64,000 bases of DNA from a virus (Duplodnaviria; Heunggongvirae; Uroviricota; Caudoviricetes). Positions within the stretch are counted from its first letter, which is position 1. Every line of letters starts with the position of its first letter. The notes under the pieces were generated by a model, which saw nothing but the letters and a program-made list of their open reading frames with translations, searched no databases and was not told the DNA's origin. Shown here piece after piece: positions 55,812 through 63,767 of the stretch. The translations under genes were made by a program, and so were the position numbers. The stretch lies in IMG/VR virus record IMGVR_UViG_3300049014_000001, positions 24,956-88,955 of that record. One strand, 5' to 3'.

Positions 55812-56079
55812 CAAACGCTACCAAGCATATGATGTCTACATAGGAAGGGGAAGCCCTCTTGGTAATCCTTTTCCTATTGACGAGAACACAGGACAAACAC
55901 GAAGCGTCGTTATCGAGAAGTACAGACGATGGTTGTGGGAAGAGATGAAGGCTGGTAGAATAACTAAGGAGTACTTGCTATCGTTGGACGGGAAGGCTCT
56001 TGGATGTTTTTGCGCACCTTCACCTTGTCACGGTGATGTTATTGTACAAGCGGTAAATTGGATTAAGGAAAACAAATAA
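55795..56079 (+). CDS. DUF4326-domain protein (frequent NADAR partner)
   Basis: YDVYIGRGSPLGNPF...KYRRWL...GKALGCFCAPSPCHGDV. Confidence 0.55.
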   Translation: MCKVVNKRYQAYDVYIGRGSPLGNPFPIDENTGQTRSVVIEKYRRWLWEEMKAGRITKEYLLSLDGKALGCFCAPSPCHGDVIVQAVNWIKENK

Positions 56080-56294
56080 TGGATATTTATGCACAAAAAG
56101 GAAGTAAGGTACGCTACCTAGGAACTGGGGGATATCAGGGTGAACGTGATCGCATTGAAGCTCTTGGGGTGAAGAAGGGAGACATCCTAACCGTTCGTTA
56201 CACTAATGTTGACAACTGGCATACGGATGCCTACTTCTTTGAAATCGAAAGAGGCCACAACTCAGTCATGTTTGAGGATGTTGAAAATGACTAA
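56079..56294 (+). CDS. Hypothetical protein
   Basis: 71-aa track ORF. Confidence 0.4.
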   Translation: MDIYAQKGSKVRYLGTGGYQGERDRIEALGVKKGDILTVRYTNVDNWHTDAYFFEIERGHNSVMFEDVEND

Positions 56295-56351
56295 AGAGCA
56301 GCATGAACAGGCTCGTAGAGAGCTTGGATGGCCCATTAAAGGGAGAACACG

Positions 56352-56828
56352 GTGAAGCTAGTAATCGCAGGTAGTCGTTCCATCAAGGACTATCATATAA
56401 CTCGCCAAGCTTTCCTTGAAAGTGGTCTATGGGATAAGTACAAAAAGAAGCTTGAAATTATTTCTGGGGAAGCAGAAGGCCCAGATAAGCATGGTGAAAT
56501 CATCGCTGAAAAAGCTGGACTGAAGCTCCACAGGAAGCCCGCTGACTGGGGCAACGTCAAAGCGAAGGGTGCTGTAATTCGTCATAACAGCCGTGGAGCT
56601 TACAACGCTCTTGCTGGACACTGGCGTAACGAAGAGATGGCTCACATGGCAGACTGTGCTCTAATCGTCTGGGATGGCAAATCTACTGGCAGCTTGGATA
56701 TGCTTCATCGGATGATCGCTCTGGAGAAGCGTGCTATCCTGTACCCTCTTCGTATCAGCGCTGATGCTCTGGACTCGCTGCAAGATAAGTGCGAAATTAT
56801 TTTTCCAAACCAGTTGACAAGCACGTAA
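56352..56828 (+). CDS. SLOG-superfamily (DUF2493 / DprA-LOG-like Rossmann) protein
   Basis: MKLVIAGSRS...IISGEAEGPDKHGEIIAEKAGL matches the GxAxGxD nucleotide-binding SLOG pattern. Confidence 0.5.
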   Translation: MKLVIAGSRSIKDYHITRQAFLESGLWDKYKKKLEIISGEAEGPDKHGEIIAEKAGLKLHRKPADWGNVKAKGAVIRHNSRGAYNALAGHWRNEEMAHMADCALIVWDGKSTGSLDMLHRMIALEKRAILYPLRISADALDSLQDKCEIIFPNQLTST

Positions 56829-56843
56829 GTAGTGCTGCATAAT
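56814..56843 (+). promoter_or_regulatory. Promoter TTGACA-18-CATAAT
   Basis: cagttgacaagcacgtaagtagtgctgcataat plus UTR CAACCAAGGAGAATAGAAATG. Confidence 0.45.
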
Positions 56844-56876
56844 GCTTGTCATTGAACACAACCAAGGAGAATAGAA

Positions 56877-57254
56877 ATGAACTACAAAGAACTCGTCGTA
56901 GAACTGAAGGAAGCTAAGTCCCTGATCGACTCCCCTGAGAAATGGACTCAACATAAATTCGGTAGGGATGCTTGGGGGCATGGCCTGAGTACTAATGAGT
57001 GGAGCGATACTCCGCCAGCATGCATGTGCTCCGTTGGTGCTATCTACGAAGTAAATCGTCGTAAAGACCCTACTGTGTGCTTGTACAAAGTAAGCTCCAC
57101 CAGAAGCGACAATGCTGCCAGCTTCCTTACTCGTGTCGCTGGGGAAGTTATTACCCGCTTCAATGATAGCCACTCTCACGCTGAAGTAATGGCTCTCTGG
57201 GACAAAGCAATTGCTAAGGCGGAAAAACTGGCAGCAGAAGGAGAAGAAAAATGA
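56877..57254 (+). CDS. Unknown-function protein, paralogue A of a tandem pair
   Basis: Shares SPxKW(x)Q, C(M/F)CS(V/L)GA and FNDSxxH(x)EV...DKAIA(x)AE blocks with the next gene. Confidence 0.55.
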   Translation: MNYKELVVELKEAKSLIDSPEKWTQHKFGRDAWGHGLSTNEWSDTPPACMCSVGAIYEVNRRKDPTVCLYKVSSTRSDNAASFLTRVAGEVITRFNDSHSHAEVMALWDKAIAKAEKLAAEGEEK

Positions 57255-57571
57255 AGGTAAGCCAACAACTGAAAGCAGCAAAAGCCATCATTGCCTCTCC
57301 TAGCAAGTGGCTTCAAGGGGCGTATGCTAAGGATGCAGATGGCTTTTACATGCGTGGCAACAATACCAATGCAGTTTGCTTCTGCTCGTTGGGAGCTTTG
57401 CAAGCTGTGAATCAAACCGACAGTGATGCTCCATCTCAGCCAGCTATCGCCGTTTTGAAGCAGTTCATGGGAGGGGATGTTCCAGAATTCAATGATAGCG
57501 CCACTCACGAGCAAGTGTTGGAGGCATTTGATAAAGCTATCGCTGCTGCGGAGGAACAGGAGGCAGCGTGA
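57251..57571 (+). CDS. Unknown-function protein, paralogue B of a tandem pair
   Basis: Same conserved blocks as 56877-57254. Confidence 0.55.
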   Translation: MKVSQQLKAAKAIIASPSKWLQGAYAKDADGFYMRGNNTNAVCFCSLGALQAVNQTDSDAPSQPAIAVLKQFMGGDVPEFNDSATHEQVLEAFDKAIAAAEEQEAA

Positions 57572-57739
57572 CAATTCATCAAGATTGGCAAGAGTACGCT
57601 ACGTACTTAGACAGCTTCAAGAAGGAACGTAGCGAACGCTGCCAATGTGACGTAGAATTCGGGACATGTCCCGGCCCAACCAACTGTCCATATTCGGACG
57701 TAGAAGGAGAAGATATTGAAAGTAACCCAGAGTCGCAAT
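57568..57739 (+). CDS. Cys-rich small protein (GTG start, 57 aa)
   Basis: Strong RBS AGGAGGCAGC before GTG; CQCD...CPGPTNCP. Confidence 0.3.
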
Positions 57740-57919
57740 AAACGTGAAGGTAAGTACATCTCCCGTTGGTGCTATAACCCCGGCATCAAAGGCTTCAACA
57801 AGAAGACTAATCAATACACCTACAATATTCGCGCTGGTGCTCACTTTGATCTAGTAAAGGTGAAGCACGCCCAGCTTGGTATTGTTCTGTTACGTAAAGT
57901 ACGAAAGGAATTCGAATGA
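57716..57919 (+). CDS. Small basic protein (TTG start)
   Basis: Track ORF; RBS GAAGGAGAAG. Confidence 0.4.
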   Translation: MKVTQSRNKREGKYISRWCYNPGIKGFNKKTNQYTYNIRAGAHFDLVKVKHAQLGIVLLRKVRKEFE

Positions 57920-58734
57920 GCATCCGTATCGTAGGCTATCCAGAAGCCTTTACCAAAACAACTTTCCCCGGTGGAGAGTCGTGCATCCGTGTCACCATGA
58001 ACACTCCAATGGAGCCTGACCTGACGCTGGAACTGGCATTCGAAAACAACGGTGATCTATTCGACTTGGCCTTGCTGGCTGACGCACTTCGACGTAAGTT
58101 CCCAGAGAAGAAGCTGAAACTCTGGATGGGTTACACTCCTTATGCACGTCAGGATCGCGTATGTAACGAAGGTGAAAGCCTGTCCATTAAAGTTGTGGCA
58201 GATTTCATCAACTCGCTGAAGTTCGAAGCTGTGTGTATCATCGACCCTCACTCGGATGTCACTCCTGCGCTGTTTGAACGTGCTATGGTGATCGAACAGA
58301 AGTGGCTGTGTACTCGTCCACAGTTGCGTACGAATCCTAGTAACACTATCATCGTAGCTCCTGATGCCGGTGCAGCAAAGAAAGCTCGTGCATTCGCTCA
58401 ACTCGGTGGCTTCGCTGGGCTGGTACAAGCTGAGAAAGTTCGTGAGCTTTCTACTGGTAACATTCTGGAAACTCGTGTACAATCTGAACACATTGGTGAT
58501 AAGGACTTCCTCATTGTGGATGACATCTGCGATGGTGGCCGTACCTTCACCGAATTGGCAAAGGTGCTTCGTCCTCTTACCAATGGCAAGATTAAGCTGT
58601 TCGTAACACACGGTATCTTCTCGGCGGGTGAAAAAGTATTTGACAACCTGATTGATGAAGTGTACACTGCTAATCCTGTCGGGGCTACTGGACGAGCAGC
58701 CGTAGAAAGTGGTATCAAAGTAGTCCGTATCTAA
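57916..58734 (+). CDS. Ribose-phosphate pyrophosphokinase-family enzyme (Prs-like; candidate ADPR-pyrophosphate synthetase Adps)
   Basis: GYTPYARQDR, IIDPHSD, IVAPDAGAAKKARAFA, PRTase motif FLIVDDICDGGRT, VTHGIFSAGE. Confidence 0.75.
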   Translation: MSIRIVGYPEAFTKTTFPGGESCIRVTMNTPMEPDLTLELAFENNGDLFDLALLADALRRKFPEKKLKLWMGYTPYARQDRVCNEGESLSIKVVADFINSLKFEAVCIIDPHSDVTPALFERAMVIEQKWLCTRPQLRTNPSNTIIVAPDAGAAKKARAFAQLGGFAGLVQAEKVRELSTGNILETRVQSEHIGDKDFLIVDDICDGGRTFTELAKVLRPLTNGKIKLFVTHGIFSAGEKVFDNLIDEVYTANPVGATGRAAVESGIKVVRI

Positions 58735-58770
58735 CGCTACGTATGTAGCAAACTAACCAAGGAGAATTAA

Positions 58771-59157
58771 ATGAAAAAGCTTTTCGCTCTGTTGCTGGTG
58801 GCTGTATCTCTCGTTGCTTGCGGCCCTGATCGTCCACCTGTCCCGGTGATTAACCAAGAAGGCCAACCTGTGGCTCAACAAGCTCAAGGCGGTGGTGATG
58901 GCTTTGACACTGGTGACGCCGCTGTAGGCGCTCTGGCCGGTGCTGCTGCTGGTTACATGATGGGCAAGTCGTCCAACAGCCAGCCACAACGCACCGTGAT
59001 CGTGGACAATCGTAGTCCATACTACGGCCCAAGCTACCGCAACTACGGTAGCCCGTATGGTCGTAAATCTGTGACCACTACTACGACTACTACCAAGCGC
59101 AGTGCATTCGGTGGCCGTACCACTACCACCACTCGCAGCGTAACTCGTCGTCGTTAA
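58771..59157 (+). CDS. Glycine-zipper lipoprotein (Pcp/SlyB-like)
   Basis: Lipobox LVAC, GALAGAAAGYMMG glycine zipper, Thr-rich tail. Confidence 0.55.
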   Translation: MKKLFALLLVAVSLVACGPDRPPVPVINQEGQPVAQQAQGGGDGFDTGDAAVGALAGAAAGYMMGKSSNSQPQRTVIVDNRSPYYGPSYRNYGSPYGRKSVTTTTTTTKRSAFGGRTTTTTRSVTRRR

Positions 59158-59170
59158 TTAAGGAGAGCAA

Positions 59171-60829
59171 ATGAAAATCAAACCACACCTGATTCTGGAT
59201 TCGTACAAGCTGGGCCACATCGACCAATACCCTGAAGGTACTCAGTACGTGTACTCCAACCTGACCGCTCGTTCTGCTGCTCACGCTAAGATGGGCAACA
59301 TGTTCGACAACAAGGTGGTGTTCTTCGGTCTGCAAGGTTTCATTCAAGAATTCCTGATCGAAGCATGGAACGAACACTTCTTCGCTCGTCCTAAAGACGA
59401 AGTGATTGTGGAGTACAAGCGCCGTTGTGATAACTTCCTCGGCCCTGATGCTGTTCGTACTGACCACATCGCAGCACTGCATGATCTTGGCTACCTGCCT
59501 ATCTTCATCAAAGCTCTGCCTGAAGGCTCCCGTGTGAACATCAAGGTTCCGTTCCTGACGATTCGTAACACGCTGCCTCAGTTCTACTGGCTGACGAACT
59601 ATCTGGAAACCGTGCTGTCGGATGAACTGTGGCAAATGTGTACCGTAGCTACCATTACCTACGAGTACCGTCGAATCCTGAACAAATATGTCGAACTGAC
59701 TGGCTCGTCCAAAGAGTTCGCTGACTGGCAGATTCATGACTTCTCGATGCGTGGTATGGCTGGCTGGCATGCTTCGGCTAAGGCCGGTGCTGCTCACTTG
59801 CTGTCGTCCCGTGGCACTGATACTCTGCCAGCAGTGGATTATTTGGAACAGTACTACGGTGCTGATGTTACGAAGGAACTGGTTGCTGGCTCCGTACCAG
59901 CTACGGAACACTCCGTAATGTGCATGGGTGGCATGGGTGAAGCAGAATTGGAAACCTTCCGTCGTCTGATTACCAAGACCTACCCACAAGGTATCGTGTC
60001 TATCGTGTCGGATACGTGGGACTTCTGGACTGTCATCACCAAGTACACGGTGGCACTGAAGGAAGAAATCTTGAACCGTAAGGAGAACGCTCTAGGCATG
60101 GCTAAAGTTGTGTTCCGTCCTGACTCCGGTGATCCTGTGAAGATCGTTGCTGGTCTGCGTGTGAAGGATATTTCTGATGCACGTTTCAATACAGATGCCG
60201 ATGGCAAAGTGTTCGTCAACGTTGACGATGTACTTAAACTTGTTGAGAGCTACGATGCGGTACGTATCTTCGGTAAAGTGTTTGAATTCGATGCAGCTCG
60301 TGGCTGGGGAATCTTCCTCGGTCGAGAAGTAGCTGACCACGAAGTGAAAGGTGCTGTGGAATGCCTGTGGGATGTGTTCGGTGGTGACATCACTGAGAAG
60401 GGCTACAAGACGCTGAACCAGCGTGTGGGCCTGATCTACGGGGATAGCATCACTCTGGAACGTGCAGAACAAATCCTGCAACGCCTGAGGGATAAAGGCT
60501 TCTCGGCCGGTAACATCGTGTTCGGTGTAGGCTCGTTCACCTACCAGTACATGACGCGTGACACCTTCGGCATGGCTGTAAAGGCTACGTGGGGTCAAGT
60601 GAACGATGAAGCTCGTGACATTCAGAAAGACCCTGCTACTGGCGATGGTATGAAGAAGTCTGCTACCGGCCTGTTGCGTGTTGAAAAAGTGGATGGCAAC
60701 TACTACCTGTTCGACCGTCAGAATATCGTAGAAGAGATGTACGGTGAACTTAAAGAAGTATTCCTTGACGGTAAGGCATACAACACTCAGAGCTTTGCTC
60801 AGATCGTAGAACGTCTGAAGAAAGACTAA
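59171..60829 (+). CDS. Nicotinamide phosphoribosyltransferase-family enzyme (Nampt/NadV or Namat)
   Basis: 552 aa; N-terminus ILDSYKLGHIDQYPEGTQYVYSNLTARS matches the Nampt start (DSYK...QYP); type II PRTase length. Confidence 0.7.
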   Translation: MKIKPHLILDSYKLGHIDQYPEGTQYVYSNLTARSAAHAKMGNMFDNKVVFFGLQGFIQEFLIEAWNEHFFARPKDEVIVEYKRRCDNFLGPDAVRTDHIAALHDLGYLPIFIKALPEGSRVNIKVPFLTIRNTLPQFYWLTNYLETVLSDELWQMCTVATITYEYRRILNKYVELTGSSKEFADWQIHDFSMRGMAGWHASAKAGAAHLLSSRGTDTLPAVDYLEQYYGADVTKELVAGSVPATEHSVMCMGGMGEAELETFRRLITKTYPQGIVSIVSDTWDFWTVITKYTVALKEEILNRKENALGMAKVVFRPDSGDPVKIVAGLRVKDISDARFNTDADGKVFVNVDDVLKLVESYDAVRIFGKVFEFDAARGWGIFLGREVADHEVKGAVECLWDVFGGDITEKGYKTLNQRVGLIYGDSITLERAEQILQRLRDKGFSAGNIVFGVGSFTYQYMTRDTFGMAVKATWGQVNDEARDIQKDPATGDGMKKSATGLLRVEKVDGNYYLFDRQNIVEEMYGELKEVFLDGKAYNTQSFAQIVERLKKD

Positions 60830-60837
60830 GAGGAAGT

Positions 60838-61113
60838 ATGACTCTCGACCGCTTCGGAGAAGAGCTGTACATCGGTGATATTGTGGTGTACGCAGACACA
60901 AATGTAAGCGGTGATGGTGTGATTTCGTTGGATGTCTACAACGTGATTGAGCTGATTGATGTAAATACATGCATAGGTCAGCTCATGAACGGAAGGTATG
61001 CAGGTAACACTTTCTACCTAACAGAGACAACCAACCGTTGCGCTTACATGTATGAATCCAATCCTGAGCCTGAAGAAGGTGATGAGGATTTGGTAAAACC
61101 AATTTTTAACTAA
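60838..61113 (+). CDS. Hypothetical protein
   Basis: 91-aa track ORF. Confidence 0.45.
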   Translation: MTLDRFGEELYIGDIVVYADTNVSGDGVISLDVYNVIELIDVNTCIGQLMNGRYAGNTFYLTETTNRCAYMYESNPEPEEGDEDLVKPIFN

Positions 61114-61126
61114 GGAGAAATAACAA

Positions 61127-62473
61127 ATGGCAAAACAATCGAAAAACTACATCGGCTTCGTGAACGATCACTCCGGTTCCATGTCCTCGCTGGCTGTTGC
61201 TGCTGCCCGTGACTACAACACGAACATCGCTGCAATCAAGGATGCTGCAACTCGTGAAATGCTGGATACTGTTGTCAGCGTCGTAGGTATCGGTCTGGGT
61301 GCAGGCGTTGAACGTCAAGTAGTCGTATCCAATCCTCACGTTCTGAAGCCTATCGCTAGCTGGCCTACTCCGGGTGGCACCCCACTGTACGATGGTATTG
61401 GCGACATGATCGACCTGCTGCAATCGCTGCCAGATTCGAATGAGTCTCACGTTTCGTTCCTGATTATGATTACCACTGACGGTCAGGAAGAACACTCCCG
61501 GAAATATGATAAGGTAGCCCTGCGTAACAAAATCGAAGCCCTTAACAAGGATGGTCGTTGGACTCTGGTGTTCCGTGTTCCTCGTGGTAAAGGCTACACT
61601 GTGACGGGTCTTGGCGTTCCATCTGGTAACATCCAAGAATGGGATACCACGACTAAAGGCATGGAGCAATCCACTGTACTGAATACGCAGGCTGTTGATA
61701 CCTACTTCGCTACTCGTTCGGCTGGTGGCAAGTCGTCTAACGTGTTCTACACCAACACTGCTTCTGTGAACACTTCGGCTCTGGTGGACATCAGCGCAAA
61801 GACTTCGCTGTACGTGGTTGACCAATTCCATAATGGTGCTCAGATTCGTGACTTCATCCTGTCGAAACGCACTGAATACCTGATTGGTGCAGCGTTCTAC
61901 CAGCTCACCAAAACTGAGCCTAAAGTGGCCCCTTCGAAGCTGATTCTGATCCGCGAGAAGACTACTGGCAAAGTGTACGCTGGCCCTGACGCCCGTAAGA
62001 TGCTGGGTCTGGATACCGTTAACAACGCTCGTATCCACCCTAACCACGGCAACGGCGAGTACGACATCTTCATCCAGTCGGAGTCGGTGAATCGTAAGCT
62101 GGTGGCTGGTACTGGCGTTCTGTACTGGGCCGAGAAAGGTCGTCCTGTAACTCAAGCCGATCTGGAACGCTACGCTGGGCAGAACAAAGCTGCTGCTCCT
62201 GCTGTGCCTGTGCTGGCTCAAGCTCCTGCTACTGGCAAACCTACGCCTAGCCCGGTAGCTGCTAAGAAGATCGCTGCCAAGCCTGTCAACTCGACTAAGC
62301 CAGTAGCAATCATTCCTAGCGACGGTGGCCGTGTGCGTTACCACATTGCTCCGGCAAACGCTGCGTTCTACGCCACTCGTGACATGGCCCGTGCTCAAGC
62401 ACTGGTGCAAGGCAAGAAGTCGTATGATGCAGGCCCAACCGCTGGTAAAGGCTTCCGCTTCTACGTAGCATAA
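61127..62473 (+). CDS. von Willebrand factor A (vWA) domain protein with Pro/Ala-rich linker
   Basis: MIDAS-type DHSGSM ... TPLYDG ... ITTDGQE; C-terminal AAPAVPVLAQAPATGKPTPSP low-complexity region. Confidence 0.6.
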   Translation: MAKQSKNYIGFVNDHSGSMSSLAVAAARDYNTNIAAIKDAATREMLDTVVSVVGIGLGAGVERQVVVSNPHVLKPIASWPTPGGTPLYDGIGDMIDLLQSLPDSNESHVSFLIMITTDGQEEHSRKYDKVALRNKIEALNKDGRWTLVFRVPRGKGYTVTGLGVPSGNIQEWDTTTKGMEQSTVLNTQAVDTYFATRSAGGKSSNVFYTNTASVNTSALVDISAKTSLYVVDQFHNGAQIRDFILSKRTEYLIGAAFYQLTKTEPKVAPSKLILIREKTTGKVYAGPDARKMLGLDTVNNARIHPNHGNGEYDIFIQSESVNRKLVAGTGVLYWAEKGRPVTQADLERYAGQNKAAAPAVPVLAQAPATGKPTPSPVAAKKIAAKPVNSTKPVAIIPSDGGRVRYHIAPANAAFYATRDMARAQALVQGKKSYDAGPTAGKGFRFYVA

Positions 62474-62510
62474 TTCGCTTGACAACGTTGATAGGTAGTG
62501 TACAATAGCT
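62469..62510 (+). promoter_or_regulatory. Promoter TTGACA-16-TACAAT with 12-bp inverted-repeat operator bracketing the -10 box
   Basis: gttgataggtag (62477-62488) and ctgcctatcaac (62499-62510) are inverted repeats (11 of 12) flanking TACAAT. Confidence 0.45.
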
Positions 62511-62534
62511 GCCTATCAACATTGAGAGGATGAG

Positions 62535-62702
62535 ATGATTAAATTAACATTGGTAAGCATTAGGCGTGGTACGGTACGTAAGAGTTTCTTCTTACCTTGT
62601 CTGTACCGTGATGGAAAGGCAATCATCTCTCTTGAACAGTATGGAGAGGTAATCCGCAAGTCAGGATTTCCTGATGGAACACAGATTAGTTTTTGTACCT
62701 AG
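62535..62702 (+). CDS. Hypothetical small protein (55 aa)
   Basis: ORF below threshold, first after the operator-bearing promoter. Confidence 0.3.
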   Translation: MIKLTLVSIRRGTVRKSFFLPCLYRDGKAIISLEQYGEVIRKSGFPDGTQISFCT

Positions 62703-62710
62703 GAGGAACA

Positions 62711-63010
62711 ATGATCGAGACTAAAGAAGCAATTGCAAACTGGGGTTGGGATGCTTATGACCAAATCCTGTATGAACTGGACGGAGCTGAAATACTGTTC
62801 GCAGAATATCGCTACGAATTCTATGAAGGTAACGCTCTGGTTGTATGGCTGAAAGATGGCAAACTGTATGAAGCTCATGGAAGCCATTGCTCCTGCTACG
62901 GTCTGGAAGGTCAGTGGAGCGCTGAAGAAACTTGTATTGAGGCTTTGGAGCTGCGTTCGTACATGACCCAAGAAGGCTTGCAACGAATTCGTGAGGCCGT
63001 AAATGGCTAA
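62711..63010 (+). CDS. Hypothetical protein
   Basis: Track ORF; start re-set to MIETKEA after RBS TAGGAGGAACAATG. Confidence 0.45.
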   Translation: MIETKEAIANWGWDAYDQILYELDGAEILFAEYRYEFYEGNALVVWLKDGKLYEAHGSHCSCYGLEGQWSAEETCIEALELRSYMTQEGLQRIREAVNG

Positions 63011-63084
63011 GAAGTGCAGTGATAACTGCCCCTACTGTGTCAAGATGGGCAACGTAAAGAAACTAAAGAAGGAGAGCAAGTAAC

Positions 63085-63561
63085 ATGACATTGAAGATCG
63101 AAACCGGCGACGTGTTCAACGAGCTGTATTTCAAAGCAGAGAAGGGTGAGCCTGTCATCTTCGTCCACGGCTGCAATGCTAGAGGTGTGATGGGAAGTGG
63201 CGTAGCAGCTCTCGTCAAGAAGCTCTATCCGTTTGCCTACGATGCGTACAAGAAGGAGTACAACGACTACGGTTTCGACCTTGGCTTTGCTCAGTTCTGC
63301 GACGACACATCTACGTCTGTCACTGTGGTGAATGCCATCACCCAAAAGAACTTCGGGAAAGATGGCAAGCTGTACGTAGATTACGACGCTGTAATCAAAG
63401 CTCTTGAGCTGGTAGCTAGCGTAGCTAAGACTCGCAACCATCCTGTCTACCTGCCTATGATTGGCGGTGGCCTTGGTGGTGGAGATGTAAAACGACTCAC
63501 AGCGATTTTCCAAGCTGTGTTCCACGATGTAGATGCAACCCTGTACTTGAAGGAGGATTAA
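63085..63561 (+). CDS. Macro-domain protein (ADP-ribose binding / hydrolase)
   Basis: FVHGCNARGVMGSGVAALVKKLYP ... MIGGGLGGG matches macro-domain ADP-ribose pocket motifs. Confidence 0.65.
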   Translation: MTLKIETGDVFNELYFKAEKGEPVIFVHGCNARGVMGSGVAALVKKLYPFAYDAYKKEYNDYGFDLGFAQFCDDTSTSVTVVNAITQKNFGKDGKLYVDYDAVIKALELVASVAKTRNHPVYLPMIGGGLGGGDVKRLTAIFQAVFHDVDATLYLKED

Positions 63562-63735
63562 ATGTTTCAAATTGTCGTGTTCGGAATCTTGGTAGCTGCT
63601 ATTGGTGGCTACATTGCAAACATCGTCAAACTGATTGGCCTGATTGGGCATGATTTCGGTCTGTTGGCAGTGCTGCGTATTGTCGGTGTTCTCACCGGCC
63701 CATTCGGTAGCATCATGGGCTTCATCCCTAACTGA
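63562..63735 (+). CDS. Small membrane protein (57 aa)
   Basis: RBS GAAGGAGGATTAAATG; two hydrophobic helices. Confidence 0.4.
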   Translation: MFQIVVFGILVAAIGGYIANIVKLIGLIGHDFGLLAVLRIVGVLTGPFGSIMGFIPN

Positions 63736-63767
63736 AAATTTATCAACTTAAACCTTAAGGAGAACAC

